Assembly (NCBI GenBank): GCA_951406725.2
Contig: OX597815.1
Span: 215,016,001-215,080,000 of the forward strand
DNA: 64,000 nt
DNA from: Octopus vulgaris
Taxonomy: Eukaryota
Reading direction: 5' to 3'
Shown here: one piece after another, positions 40,477 through 54,541 of the stretch
How positions within the stretch are numbered: position 1 is the first letter of the stretch
How the letters are laid out: each line of letters starts with the position of its first letter
The notes under the pieces: generated by a model
The model's input: the letters and a program-made list of their open reading frames with translations, nothing else
Database searches by the model: none
Told to the model about the DNA's origin: nothing
Made by a program: the position numbers and the translations under genes

Positions 40477-40725
40477 AGAGAATAAGATGTACGAACGCTG
40501 CAATAATATATATATAAAAATACAAAATGGAACAAGAACGTAAAACATTCAAATAAACGATACAAAAAACATGAACGGGTCATTCGAGGCCTCTAATCTT
40601 CAGTCCAGCTGAAATTGCGAGGATGATCAGATTCTTCACTGACGATTAGAGGCTTCGAATGACCCGTCCGTGTTTTTTGTATCATCTATTTGAATGTTTT
40701 ATGTTCTTGTCCCATTTTGTATTTA
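40476..40725. mobile_element. Fold-back element in (TA)n
   Basis: Arms ~40518-40604 and ~40638-40725 are reverse complements, as shown by the mirrored ORFs MTRSCFLYRLFECF / MTRPCFLYHLFECF. There is a ~33-bp spacer. Confidence 0.7.
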
Positions 40726-40737
40726 TATATATATATA

Positions 40738-40908
40738 CTTTATTTAAAGCAGCAAAAAATTCAACAAAACCTGTTACTCTGAACAGAAAACTCAGAGTAA
40801 CAGGTTTTGTCGAATTTTTTGCTGCTTTAAATAAAGCATATTACTCTACCACTGGTATTTGAGTACTTTTTTTTCCACTTTGTTTCACATTTATGTGTTT
40901 ACTCCGGT
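40738..40908 (+). mobile_element. Fold-back element in (TA)n with the 3' half of a hammerhead
   Basis: Hairpin 40738-40836 with ~45-bp arms, then a tail to 40908 and (TA)n. GAAAA-CTC-A-GAG-TA at 40786-40799. Confidence 0.7.
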
Positions 40909-40935
40909 ATATATATATATGTATATTTATGTGTG

Positions 40936-41521
40936 TAGTTAAAAAGTAAAGGTGGAAACAACATGAAAATATGTTTAAAGATTGTTTCATATTTGTTATG
41001 TTAAGCAACTTTTATATAAAATATTGTTGGTTTCAATGCATATGTCCATCTTATCACATATCAAAGATTCAAAGAAAAATTAGGTTATAAGGAAAAATTG
41101 CAAATTAAAAACAGTTTGTATTCATATTTTGCATGTAGTTAAGAACATCTTTGGAATTGTATCTTAAGGTCTCTTCTTGTTGTCTATGTAGAGGTCTGGA
41201 ATGGGGTTCAAAAGGTCAAGTATGTAGGGGTTTGGAAACCCAATTTCAGACCCCAACATAGAAGAGACTTTAAGATAAAATTCCAGACATGTTCTTAACT
41301 ACACATAAAATATGAGAACAAACTGCCTTAAATTTCCTAATTCTTGACTTTGAATTTTAATATTTGATAAGATGATCATTCATATAAAAACTAATGATAT
41401 TTTATAAAAGTTACTTAATGTAACAAATATAAAACAATCTTTAAACATACTTTCATCCTGTCTCCATCTTTACTTTTTAACTATAACTTCTGATTTGTAT
41501 GGATTATTAACCCCTTTTCAA
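40936..41521 (+). mobile_element. Older, diverged fold-back element (~270-bp arms)
   Basis: tagttaaaaagtaaaggtgga (40936) pairs with tccatctttactttttaacta (41463-41483). Several internal blocks are mirrored. A short tail is followed by (TA)n. Confidence 0.7.
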
Positions 41522-41718
41522 TTATATATATATATATATATATATACCAATTAAGAACAGTCAACATGCTAGATATAGACGTCAAATCGCCATTCTCCAC
41601 AAAAGATTATGTTCTCAGATCAAACTCAACACAAAACCATAGCAATAAACAAGTGAAAATATACGAAATAAATATTTATATTTATTTCGTATATTTTCAC
41701 ATGTATATATTTTCACTC

Positions 41719-41752
<34 letters not shown>

Positions 41753-41757
<5 letters not shown>

Positions 41758-42178
41758 AATATGTTACGTTACTTGATAGTCAAGATAAAACTCTGAGTTT
41801 CAGATGCCGAAGTGGGAATCCACGACATCTCTTCGGTTATCTGGCTATTTCAGATAACCGAAGAGATGTCGTGGATTACCACTTCGGCATCTGAAACTCA
41901 GAGTTTTATCTTGACTATCGAGTAATGTAACATATTATTCTATATATATATATATATATATATATAACTTATTAAATCATCATTTTCCTTTTCCACATTT
42001 CATTTTACATTGTAAAATGAAATGTGGAAATTGATGATTTAATGTCTGTTCTCAGCATATTGGCATGGAAATAATTTTTCTTTTGCCTTTGTTTATAAGT
42101 TGTTTATAATTTTAACCTTTAAAGGTATTTTAATATGCTACCACTTTTGATGAAATTTTTTTCTGAAAAACATTTTAT

Positions 42179-42247
<69 letters not shown>

Positions 42248-42489
42248 AAATTAATTTAGGGTAGAAATTGATATTTATCAATTAGAACCAGTGGTCTAGC
42301 ATATTAAAAAAATCCGAAGATTAAAATATTTATATATACCAATTAAGGACTGAACATGAAAAGTGGACAGTCAACTTTTCGTGTTCAGTCCTTAATTGGT
42401 ATATATAAATATTTTAATCTTCGGATTTTTTAATATGCTAGACCACTGGTTCTAATTGATAAATATCAATTTCTACCCTAAATTAATTT

Positions 42490-42526
<37 letters not shown>

Positions 42527-43027
42527 ATAAAATGTTTTTCAGAAAAAAATTTCATCAAAAGTGGTAGCATATTAAAATACCTTTAAAGGTTAAAATTATA
42601 AACAACTTATAAACAAAGGCAAAAGAAAAATTATTTCCATGCCAATATGCTGAGAACAGACATTAAATCATCAATTTCCACATTTCATTTTACAATGTAA
42701 AAGGAAATGTGGAAAAGGAAAATGACGATTTAATAAGTTATATATATATATATATATATATATAGAATAATATGTTACATTACTCGATAGTCAAGATAAA
42801 ACTCTGAGTTTCAGATGCCGAAGTGGGAATCCACGACATCTCTTCAGTTATCTGAAATAGCCAGATAACCGAAGAGATGGTGTTGTGGATTTCCACTTCG
42901 GCATCTGAAACTCAGAGTTTTATCTTGACTATCAAGTAACGTAACATATTATTGTATAGATAAATTTCCTCTATTTACATAATATTGAGGTCTCTTTCTT
43001 TCTTTTGTTATCTTACCGTTTTCACCA

Positions 43028-43028
<1 letters not shown>
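41753..43028. mobile_element. Composite 1.2-kb palindrome made of three TA-separated fold-back modules
   Basis: 41753-42366 is the reverse complement of 42372-42953, with centre gtggac-a-gtcaac. Each arm contains a ~190-bp hairpin and a smaller hairpin. The unique tail 42954-43028 is followed by (TA)n. Confidence 0.9.
42794..42853 (-). ncRNA. Minimal type I hammerhead ribozyme motif (canonical CUGANGA copy)
   Basis: Minus strand: AGAUAA-CUGAAGA-GAUGUCG(UGGAUUCCCACUU)CGGCAUC-U-GAAA-CUC-A-GAG-UU-UUAUCU. Stem I is 6/6 complementary, stems II and III form, and there is one extra U before GAAA. Three more copies have CCGAAGA: 41783-41842(-), 41852-41911(+), 42863-42925(+). Confidence 0.65.
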
Positions 43029-43075
<47 letters not shown>

Positions 43076-43466
43076 GGAGGGAGAGAGAGAGAAATTTATA
43101 AGTTTTATGTATATATATAGATAGATAGATAGATGTGTGTGTGTATAAAGAGAGAGAGAGTGAGTGAGAGGCATACACACACATACACGTGTATATATAC
43201 AACGCATTCATTATAAAAAATAAGGCAAGTTGCCATTGCCAATTTTGTTAACACTCAGACACTCAGATATGATGTTTCACTAAAATTTAAATACTTTGTA
43301 GTAGGAATTATATTATAAGTGAATCAGGAAGACTGCATTTCTTACATTTAGCAGTTCTTATATTCCACTGGTTTACATTGTTGAAAGTGTTGCAAGAGGA
43401 GAGTGAGTACTCTATGTTCCTGCCTATGAATCTCTTGTGGTAGGTGGAGACGAATAAATTTTATAG

Positions 43467-44042
43467 TACCTTTGCCTTAAGAATTTATTGAATCATATAC
43501 CCCTACTTCAAGAATTTATTGAATGATACTTCTTCAAAAATTGTTGAATGGTATGTTTTCTGCCTTGAGAATTAATTGAGTGGTACCTCTGCCTCAAGAA
43601 TTAATTGGGTAGTACGTCTGCCTCCAAGAATTAATTGAATGTACCACTGCTTCAAGAATTGAATGGTACCTCTGCATCAAGAACTAACTGAGTGGTACCT
43701 CTGCCTCAAGAATTAATTGAATGGTACTTCTGCCTCAAGAACCAAGTGGTACTTCTGCCTCAAGAATTTATTGAATGATACCTCTTCATCAAGAATTAAT
43801 TGAAAGGTACCTCTATCTCAAGAACTGAATGGTACCTCTTCTTCAAGAATTAAGTGAATGGTATCTCTACTTCAAGAATTGAGTTGTAGTACCTCTGCCT
43901 CAAGAATTTATTTGAATGGTGTCTCTATTTCAAGGACTGAATGGTACTTCTGCCTCAAGATTTAATTAAATGGTGCCTCTGCCTCATGAATTAATTGAAT
44001 GATACCTCTACCTCAAAAATATTTTACATAGTTCCTCTGCCT
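43467..44042. repeat. Minisatellite, ~29-bp unit, about 20 diverged copies
   Basis: Consensus CTCTGCCTCAAGAATTAATTGAATGGTAC repeated head-to-tail with no unique spacers. Some units are 25 bp, lacking 4 bp. Confidence 0.9.
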
Positions 44043-44812
44043 AAAGGCGGTGGGTTCACAAATTCTTTAGAGTTTTGGAGAGAATGCTTTGTTTTGACTC
44101 TAAGTGCTCTGAGCTCAAATTTCACCAAAGCCAGTTTGTTCAAGAAAGTGCTAGTTCAGGGCAATGGATTAGTGGGATTGAAATATCAGTTCTGGATCTG
44201 TGCATTCTGAGTTCAAGTTCTGCTCATCACCAACAAAAAAAATTGGTTCTTCTGTTTGGAGAGGTAAGATGCAGATTGTATCAGAAATAGGAAAAAATCT
44301 GTGGGACAGGTTCCTTGATTCAGTCAGAAGATCAGCTTTTGGCATCTCTTGGTTTGATGTCTAGATGGCAAGTTAATGAAAAACTCACCAATTATGCAGT
44401 AGTGTTTGGAGCAGGACTCAGCAAATTGGTCAATATTGACCCCTGTGGGAGTGGGGGGAGGTTATGTGGCTATCCTATGTGTTGAAAGCCCAACTATATC
44501 AATGCAATATGATTGATTTTTATTGTTCTTTATTAATTTCATTAAGTATTCATCTTTTTTTTGTCTTTTCCTTTACTCGTTTCAGCCATTAGTCTGTGGT
44601 CATGCTGGGGCACCACCTTAAGAAATTTTCTTCAAACTAATCAACCCCCATGCTTATTTTCTTTTTAAGCCTGGTACTTATTGTATTGGTCTCTTTTGCC
44701 AAACCACTAAGTTACAGAGACATAAACACACCAATACCAGTTGTTAAGGGGTGGTGGAGGACAAACACAGACAAAGACACTCACATTAAGATATATATAT
44801 TTATATATATAA

Positions 44813-44855
<43 letters not shown>

Positions 44856-47800
44856 CATATACATATATATGATAGGTTTCTTTTAGTTTCCATCTACCAA
44901 ATCCACTCACAAGGCTTTGGTCAGCCCATGGCTATAGTAGAAGACACTTGCCCAAGATGCCACACACCAGGACTGAACCCAGAACCATGTGGTTGGGAAG
45001 CAAACTTCTTACCATACAGCCACATTTGCACCTATTTACATATTCTTTTAAAAATTTCTTATTTAAAAGCAATAATAGCACAAAAGAATGAAGGAATTAA
45101 TGTTTTTAAATCAAGAATTTTTAAAGTAATTACACTTATTAATTTTATTTTCAAAATTTACATGAAGAGGTAAGTGATATAAGTTTGCCAACTCCTGATT
45201 TAGAGTGATGAATTATACCAAAAATACATGGTACCTATTTACAACTTAGTGGACTGTGTCAGAGAAAGTTTAGGGACCTAGTCAGAAATACTGTGCAGTA
45301 CATATGGCAGAATAAAACTGTCAAATCCAACAGCATATCAAAAGTAGAGAATGTAACAATTCAGTATCCATGTTTTTTCCTGTTTCCAACCAAAATGGTG
45401 ATGGGATGTCAATCTACAAGAAGAATTGATGGTTTATAAATGATTTCCAATGTTGTGTGGTGTCTCTGATATAAAATTTTCAATGCTCAAAGATCCACTG
45501 TATCTTAGCTGTAAAATATAATTTATCTTTTATCTCTTGTTTGCTTCAGTCATTACACTGTGGCCATACTGGGGCACCACTTTGAGGTATTTTAGTAGAA
45601 GGAATCAATCCCAATACTTATTTTGTTTTTTTTAGTCTAGTACCTATTTTGTCAGTCTCTTTTCTGAACTGCTAAAAGAGTGGTGTGCATGGACTCTCTC
45701 AAGTTATGAGGTGAGTGGAAGTGAAAAGGTGCAGAAGAGTCAAGAGTATGGGTAGGTAGAGGTTGTGAGAGTCATGTAGAGTAGGTGAAGAGAGATTAAA
45801 ATAATGAATGGAGAACAACTGTTGAGTAGAATTGATAAGTAGGGCATAGGGAAGAGTAGGTGACAACTGTAAAAATTGGATAGGGTTGATCACAGTAAAT
45901 TATGGATAAGGAGTGGAGAGGTCACCAATGATGCAGTGGGGTGAAATAGCAACTAAACCTCCCTTAAATCACACCTTACTATTTCAAAAAATGAATGTGT
46001 ACACTTTATTGGACTAGCCTACTAAGGAGGATGTTGAGGTATTCAGCAGGATTTTAAAGAAAAGCACTACTGTCAGTAGAAAACAAGCTCCTTGAAACTC
46101 AGTGCATTCCTATCCTGAGAAGGAAGTGAGTGCCATGGGAATTACCAAGCCCAGTAAAATATTTGAATATAATTTATATCGATATTTAATTCCATACACA
46201 ACAGATGAAACACATAAAGCCCAGAACTGAGAGATGTGTAAAAGACAAGGGAAAGAACAAATATTCAGACGCTCCAACAGCAGAAATGTTATGGGAAGAA
46301 TGGAACTGAATCCCTCATCATCGTCATCACCACCCTCACCATCACCATCGTCATCACCATCATCATAATCATCATCTAATAATAATAATAATAATAATAA
46401 TAAAAACAATAATAATAATAATAACAATCATTTTTCCTTGCTTACATGGGTCAAATGGAATTTGTTGAAGCAAATTTCTTACAGCCTGATGCCCCTCCTG
46501 TTGTCAACCTTCTTTTCATAAGCATTAATTCACGAAGTATGAGAAGTGAATATAAATTTATTTAACCACCTGTCTTCCATAGGATTACATCTGTTTTGCA
46601 ACCTTCTTGTAATATTAATTTCAGCATACAAGAAATGTATATATATGCAAACACACAATGGGCTTCTTTCAGTTTCTATGTAACTAATCCACTCAGAAGG
46701 CTTTAGTCAGTCCAGAGGTAAAGTAAAAGACACTTGACCATGGTGTCACACAGTGGGACTGAACCAGAAAACATGCTGTCGGGAAGAAAACTTCTTACCA
46801 CAAATTCACACCTGTGCACCTATTGATAGCATTTGCCTTAAATATTACTTTTGTAGCCATAAAAGAAAAGATTGTTTGAATGAAATATACTTCTTTCTTG
46901 AAGAAATTAAAAGTTTATTGTCATTCCATCAATAAAATATTTAGGGAAGATGGAGAACAATTCAAGCAGTAGAAACAATGGCACAACATACTGAGTTTAA
47001 ATATCTCCGAGATCAACTTGGCCTTTTAGCCTTTTGGGTATTGATAAAATACAACACCAGTAAGTACTAAGATATATGTTGACTATTCTCTCACCAAAAG
47101 TCATGACCTAATGGTGATGTGGGAATTCAATATTCACTTATAACCATTTAAATTCATCAGAGCTAGAATTTCTATTTCATTATTTAAGTTGATAAAGTAT
47201 GTTACCAGATACATGAGTCTTATTAAGTTGACTACATGCCTCATACAAGAAATCAATATACACAAAAAAAATAGCACAAACTGTGAAACACCAGACTAAA
47301 AATGATTCTTGATATTTAGTTATATTTTGAGTTCAAATTCCGCTGAGGTCAACTTTGCTGTTCACCATTTTGGGGTCAATAAAATAAGTACCAATTAAGC
47401 ACTGGGGGTTGATGTAATCAACACACCCTCTTGCCCATATTTGCTGGCCTTGTACCAAAATTTGAAACCAAAATTTAGTTCCGTCTATTTTCTTTCTGCA
47501 TTCACCTACTGCTGAAGATCTGAAGATGTGAAAGCACCCTGTATGTCTTGGAATTGATCCAAGCAACTATATACTTTAGCTGAAAAAAATTATACCCTCA
47601 AGTCAGTAAAGCTGACTAATTTTGTAGCACACCTTATCACTCTTAAATAGTACAATGACGTACCACAAACCGCAGGTGAAAATCCTGTGATAAGGCAATT
47701 ATCAGACTTTGAAGTAGAAATTTGTTTTCTTCGAATATCTGATGGAGCAGCTTCTTAATTACTGAAACGAGAGCAAGACAAGGTGTGAATTTATGGGTTT

Positions 47801-48952
47801 AAACAGTTTTTGTTTGTTTTAAACACAGACATGAAGTCCTACTCACCGTGATCTTTATAACTAAATATCAAGTTCTAAAAGCATCCAATGCAATGATTAA
47901 AAAATGTTAAGGAACCACAGACATGCAGTCTTTTCAGATAATCACAGATTAGTTTTAACACTTGAGCATTTAAACCGATCATATCAGGTGCACATATTCA
48001 ACTTGATTTATTTTCAATCTGGCCAGATCCAGCCTCTTACACCTATCCTACAATGTCATTCTAAAAATTTCAAAGCTATGAGATAATGCATGATTAATTA
48101 CAAAAACTGTGAATAAATAAATATTATATTTGACAGAGTAATCTGAATGCTAAGGGATTAAGCTAACAACGTTTTAGACACAAGCAGATTTTGCAGGTAA
48201 CTTCAAACTGAACACCTTTCAGCTTGGATGGAGAAGATATTTATTTTATATTGCAATAAGTAAACAATAACGTTGTTGGCTATGGTTTTCCAACGAAGCA
48301 GTTACTGATTTACTGAATTTCTGACAGTATGTCTGTGTAATTCAGTACAGAACGAATATCCTTTCTACTATAGGAACAAAACCTGAAACGTTGTGGGGAG
48401 TGGCTAGATGGTTACGTTAACCTCAGTAATCAAATTATACTTATTTGATTGACCCCAAAAGGATAAAAAACAAATCGACCTTAACGGAATTTGAACTCAG
48501 ATACAAAAATCAGAAGAAATTCCACTCAGCATTTTATTTTGTTTTGCATGCTAACAATTCCGCCAGCTTGCTGAATTTCGCTTCAGAACAAATATCTTAA
48601 TGTATATATACACACACATATATGCGCACACGTGTGTGTATGTGTACAATTCAACACAATAAAAATACATATACATACAATCATACACATAAATACAAAG
48701 ACCTCAACCAAGCCACTTTCAAACATAATTGAACTTTTAATCTTTAACCATTGTAGCCAAACTACTGAGTACTGAATACTTTTATACATACACATCCATT
48801 TGGCCTTTTGCTTATATAATTTTTTTGCATTCTTTAATACATGCATACATACATACATACATACATACATACATACATACATACATACATACATACATAC
48901 AGACATATGCAAACCTAGAACCTATTCTATCTGTCTCATTTGCTGAACCGTT

Positions 48953-49149
48953 ATACTACACTAATACTTCTATTACTACTACAACTACTACTATCATTAT
49001 TATTCTTATTATTATAATTATTAATATTACTAATACAACAACTACAAACAACAACAACAACAACAACTACTACTACTACTACTACTACTAATACTACTAC
49101 TACTACCACTACAACTACTACTACCACTACGACTACTAGTACTACTATA

Positions 49150-49195
<46 letters not shown>

Positions 49196-49781
49196 TTACA
49201 ACTACAAAAACTACTAATTTTATTATTAATATTATTATTATCATTATTATTAATATTACTATTATTATTGATATTAATAATATTATTAATATTATTATTA
49301 TTATTATTACTATTACTACTACTACTACAGCTACAAATACTACTACTCCTACTGCTACTAAAACTACTATTATTATTATTTTTATTTTTACTACTACTAT
49401 TACTACTACTACTACTACTAATACAACTACTACTATTATTATTATTATTATTAATATTTTATTATTATTATTAATACTATTATTATTATTATTACCATTA
49501 CCATTACTACTACTACTACTACTACAACTAATATTATTATTATTACTATCATTATTATTAATATCATTATTTTTTATTATTATTATTATTATTATTACTA
49601 TTACTTTCAACACTACTACTACTACTACTACAACTATTATAATTAGTATTATCAACATTAATATTCTTATTAATATTATTATTATTACTACTACTACTAC
49701 TACTACTCCTACTACTACAATTACTACTACTAATACTACTACAAATATTATTATTATTATTGTTATTATTACTATTAGTAT

Positions 49782-49813
<32 letters not shown>

Positions 49814-49847
49814 TTATTATTGTTATTATTATTATTATCATTATTAT

Positions 49848-49879
<32 letters not shown>

Positions 49880-50239
49880 TTACTACTATTAATATTTTTG
49901 TTATTATCATTATTACTATTATTACTACTACTACTAATATTACTACTACTACTACTATTATTATCTTTATTACTATTAATACAAGTGCTACTGCTACTAT
50001 GATTATTATTAATATAATCATTATAATTACTATTACTATTACTATTACTACAACTAAATATACGACCACTACTCCGACTACTACCACTACTACTATTATT
50101 ATTATTATTGCAATAAATTTTAATTATTATTAATATCATAATCATTATCAGCATCCTTAATGTTATTATTATTATCGGTATTGTTATTATTATTACTATT
50201 CCCATTACTATTACTGCAACTACTAATACTAATACTAGA

Positions 50240-50279
<40 letters not shown>

Positions 50280-50347
50280 AAACTACTATTATTATTATTA
50301 TCATTATTATTATTATAATAATTTATATCCATATCATTATCATTATA

Positions 50348-50394
<47 letters not shown>

Positions 50395-50860
50395 TGTTAT
50401 TATTATTATTATTATTACTATTACTACAACTACTACAACAACTACTACTACAACTATTATTATTATTATTATTATCAATATTATCATTATTATTATTATA
50501 ATTATCATTGTTATTATCATTATTATTATCAATATTATTATTATAACTATTATTATTAATATTAATATTTCTATTACTATTACTATTACCATTACTACTA
50601 CTACTAATACTACTGCTACTACAAATACTACTACTATTATTATTGTTATTATTATTATTATTATCATTATTACTATTATTATTACTAATATTATTATTAT
50701 TACTATTACTATTACTATTTTTCTTACTACTAGTACTACTACTATTATTGTTATTACTACTACTACTACTACTACTACTACAAATACTACAACTACTACA
50801 AAAACTACTATTATTATTATTATCATTATTATTATTATTATTATAATTAATATCACTATA

Positions 50861-50892
<32 letters not shown>

Positions 50893-51494
50893 CATTATTA
50901 TTATTATTAATGGTATTATTGTTATTATTATTACTATTACTACTACTACTACAACAACTACTACTACAACTATTATTATTATTATTATTATTATCAATAT
51001 TATCATTATTATTATTATATTTATCATTATTATTATTATGACTATTACAATTAATATTAATATTTCTGTTACTATTACCATTACTACTACTACTAATACT
51101 ACTGCTACTACAAATACTACTACTAGTATTATTGTTATTATAATTATTATTATTATCATAATTACTATTATTATTACAAATATTATTATTACTATTACTA
51201 TTACTAGTTTTCTTACTACTACTACTACTACTATTTATGTTACTACTACTACTACTACTACTACTACTACAACGATTATTATTATCATTATTATTAGTAG
51301 TAGTATTATTAATATTACTATTATTATTAATTTCATTATTATTATTACTACTACAACAACTACTACTACTACTAGTACAAAAACTACAACTACTACTACA
51401 ACAACTACTACTACTGCTATTACTACTACTATTACTATTATTGATATTATTATCATTATTCATATTATTGTTATTAATATTAATAGAAATATTG

Positions 51495-51527
<33 letters not shown>

Positions 51528-51783
51528 GCAGTAACAGTAGTAGTAGTATTAGTAGTAGTAATAGTAATAGCATTAGTAATAGTAATTGTAATAGTAATAG
51601 TAATAACAATGATAGTAATAATAATAATGATAATAATTATAAAAATAATAACAATTGTAGTAGTAGTTGTAGAAGTAGTAATAGTAGTGGTAGTAGTTGT
51701 AGTAGTAGAAGTAGTAGTAGTAGTATTAGTAGTAGTAGTGGTAATACTACAAGTAACAGTAATAGTAATGGCAATAGTAATAG

Positions 51784-51828
<45 letters not shown>

Positions 51829-52986
51829 TAATTATAATTATAATAATAATAACAGTAGTAGTAGTAGTTGTAGTAGTAGTAATAGTAGTAGAAGTAGTAT
51901 TAGTAGTAGAAGTGGTAATACTAATAGTAATAATAATAATTATTATTATAGTAGTAGTAGTTGAAGTAGTAATAGTAACAGTAATACGAATATATATTGG
52001 AATATTAATAGTAATAGTACTACTGCTACTACTACTACTACAACAAATACTACTACTACAACTACTACTAAAACTACTACTACTACTACAATTATTAATA
52101 TTATTATTAGTAGTAATAGTTGTAGTTGTAGTAGTAGTAGTGGTAATAGTAAAAGTAATATTAATAATAATAATAACAATAACAATAATGATAGCAATAA
52201 TGATAATGATAATAATAATTTTAGTAGTAGGATTATTTGTAGTAGTAGTATTAGTAGTCGTAGTAGAGCAATAGTAGTAGTAGGAGTAGTAGTAGTAGTA
52301 GATGAAATAGTAATAGTAATAATGATAATAATAATAGTAATAATAATAAGAAGAATTACGAATGATAATAATAATACTAATATTAATAATAATAATAATA
52401 ATTATTATTTTTATTATCATTATAATTATCATCATCATTATCATTATCATTATAATTACTATAACTATAACTAATACTACTACTAAAACTACTACTACCA
52501 CTATTACTACTACTACTACTACTACTACTTATACTATTCTTTTTCTTATTTTTTATTATTATTATTAGCATTAATATTGTTATTATAATTACCATTATCA
52601 TTATCATAATCATTATTATTATCATTATCATCAATATTATTATTACTATTACTATTACTATTACAATTACTACTACTATACTACTTCTACTACTACTACT
52701 ACTACTACTACTATTAATATTATTATTGCTATTACTACTACATTAATGCTAATACTTCTTCTACTACTACTACTGCTACTATTACTACTACTACTACTAC
52801 TACTACAACTATTATTATTATTACTGTTATTATTATGATCATTATCATAATCATTATCATTATTATTATTGCTATTACTATTACTATTACTTTAATTATT
52901 ACTACAACTACTACTACTACTACTATTAATATTATTATTATTATTATTATTATTACTACTACAACTACTAATACTACTACTACTAC

Positions 52987-53022
<36 letters not shown>

Positions 53023-54504
53023 TACTACAACTACTAATACTACTACTACTACTATTATTATTATTATTGTTACTACTATAACTAGTACGACTATTATTAG
53101 TATTTTTATTAATATTAATATTATTACTACTACTACTACAATTAGTACTACTACTACTACAACTTTTATTATTATTAGTATTATTATTATTATTACTAAT
53201 AATATTACTATTAATGTTATTACTATTAATACTATTACTATTAATACTGCTACGACTATTACTGATACTACTACTACTACTACTACTACTATTATTATTA
53301 CTATTATTATCATTATTTCTATTCCTATTACTACTACTACTATTATTAATATTTTTTATTAATATTATTATTATTATTACTACTACAACTACTAATACTA
53401 CTACTACTATTATTATTATTATTATTATTATTACTACTACTACTAGTACGACTATTATTAGTATTTTTATTATTATTAATATTATTACTACTACTACTAC
53501 AATTAGTACTACTACTACTACAACTTTTATTACTATTAGTATTATTATTATTATTACTAATAATATTACTATTAATGTTATTACTATTAATACTATTACT
53601 ATTAATACTGCTACGACTACTACTGATACTACTACTACTACTACTACTACTACTATTATTATTACTATTATTATCATTATTTCTATTCCTATTACTACTA
53701 CTACTATTATTAATATTTTTTATTGATATTATTATTATTATTATTATTATAATTATTATGAATACTATTTTTATTATCATTATCATTTTCATTATCATTA
53801 TCATTATAATTACTATTACTATTTCTATTACTATTACTACTACTACTACTATTACTCCTACTACTATTACTACAACTACTACTACAAATACTATTATCAT
53901 TTTTATTTTTATTATTACTATTATTTTTACAATTACTCTTACTATTACTACTATCATCATCATTATTATTATAATTATTAATATTATTACTACTACTACT
54001 ATTACTACTACTACTACAACTATTATTATTAATATTATTATTATTACTTTTACTATGACTACTACTACTACAACTACTACTTTATTATTAATATTATTAT
54101 TATAATTACTATTAATATTATTATTATTAATACTACTACTATTACCAATACTACTACTACAAATACTACTACCTCAACTACTACAACTACTAAAACTACT
54201 ATTATTATTATTATTTTTATTATTATTATCATTATTATTAATAATACTATTATTATTATTACTATTACTATTACTATTAATATTTCTATTACTATTACTA
54301 TTAATACAACTACTACTACCACAACTACTACTACTGATTTTACTACAATTATTATTATTTTTATTATTGTTGTTATTATTGTTATTATTATTAATATTAT
54401 TATTATTATTATTATTACTATTACTATTTCTACTACTACAAGAACTACTATTACTACTACTACTATTATTATTATTATTAATATTATTATTATTATTATT
54501 GTTA

Positions 54505-54541
<37 letters not shown>

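Noticed and set aside
40638-40670. CTGACGA as another hammerhead core
   Set aside because: No correctly placed GAAA and stems I/III could be built from the following sequence (ttcgaatgacccgtc).
39443-41941. miRNA precursors or classical MITEs as the explanation for the hairpins
   Set aside because: The arms are too long and asymmetric (one arm has an extra tail), and there are no terminal TIR/TSD signatures. Inverted retroelement fragments fit better.
43467-44042. CRISPR-like array of ~29-bp repeats
   Set aside because: The units are contiguous with no unique spacers, there are no cas genes and the context is eukaryotic.
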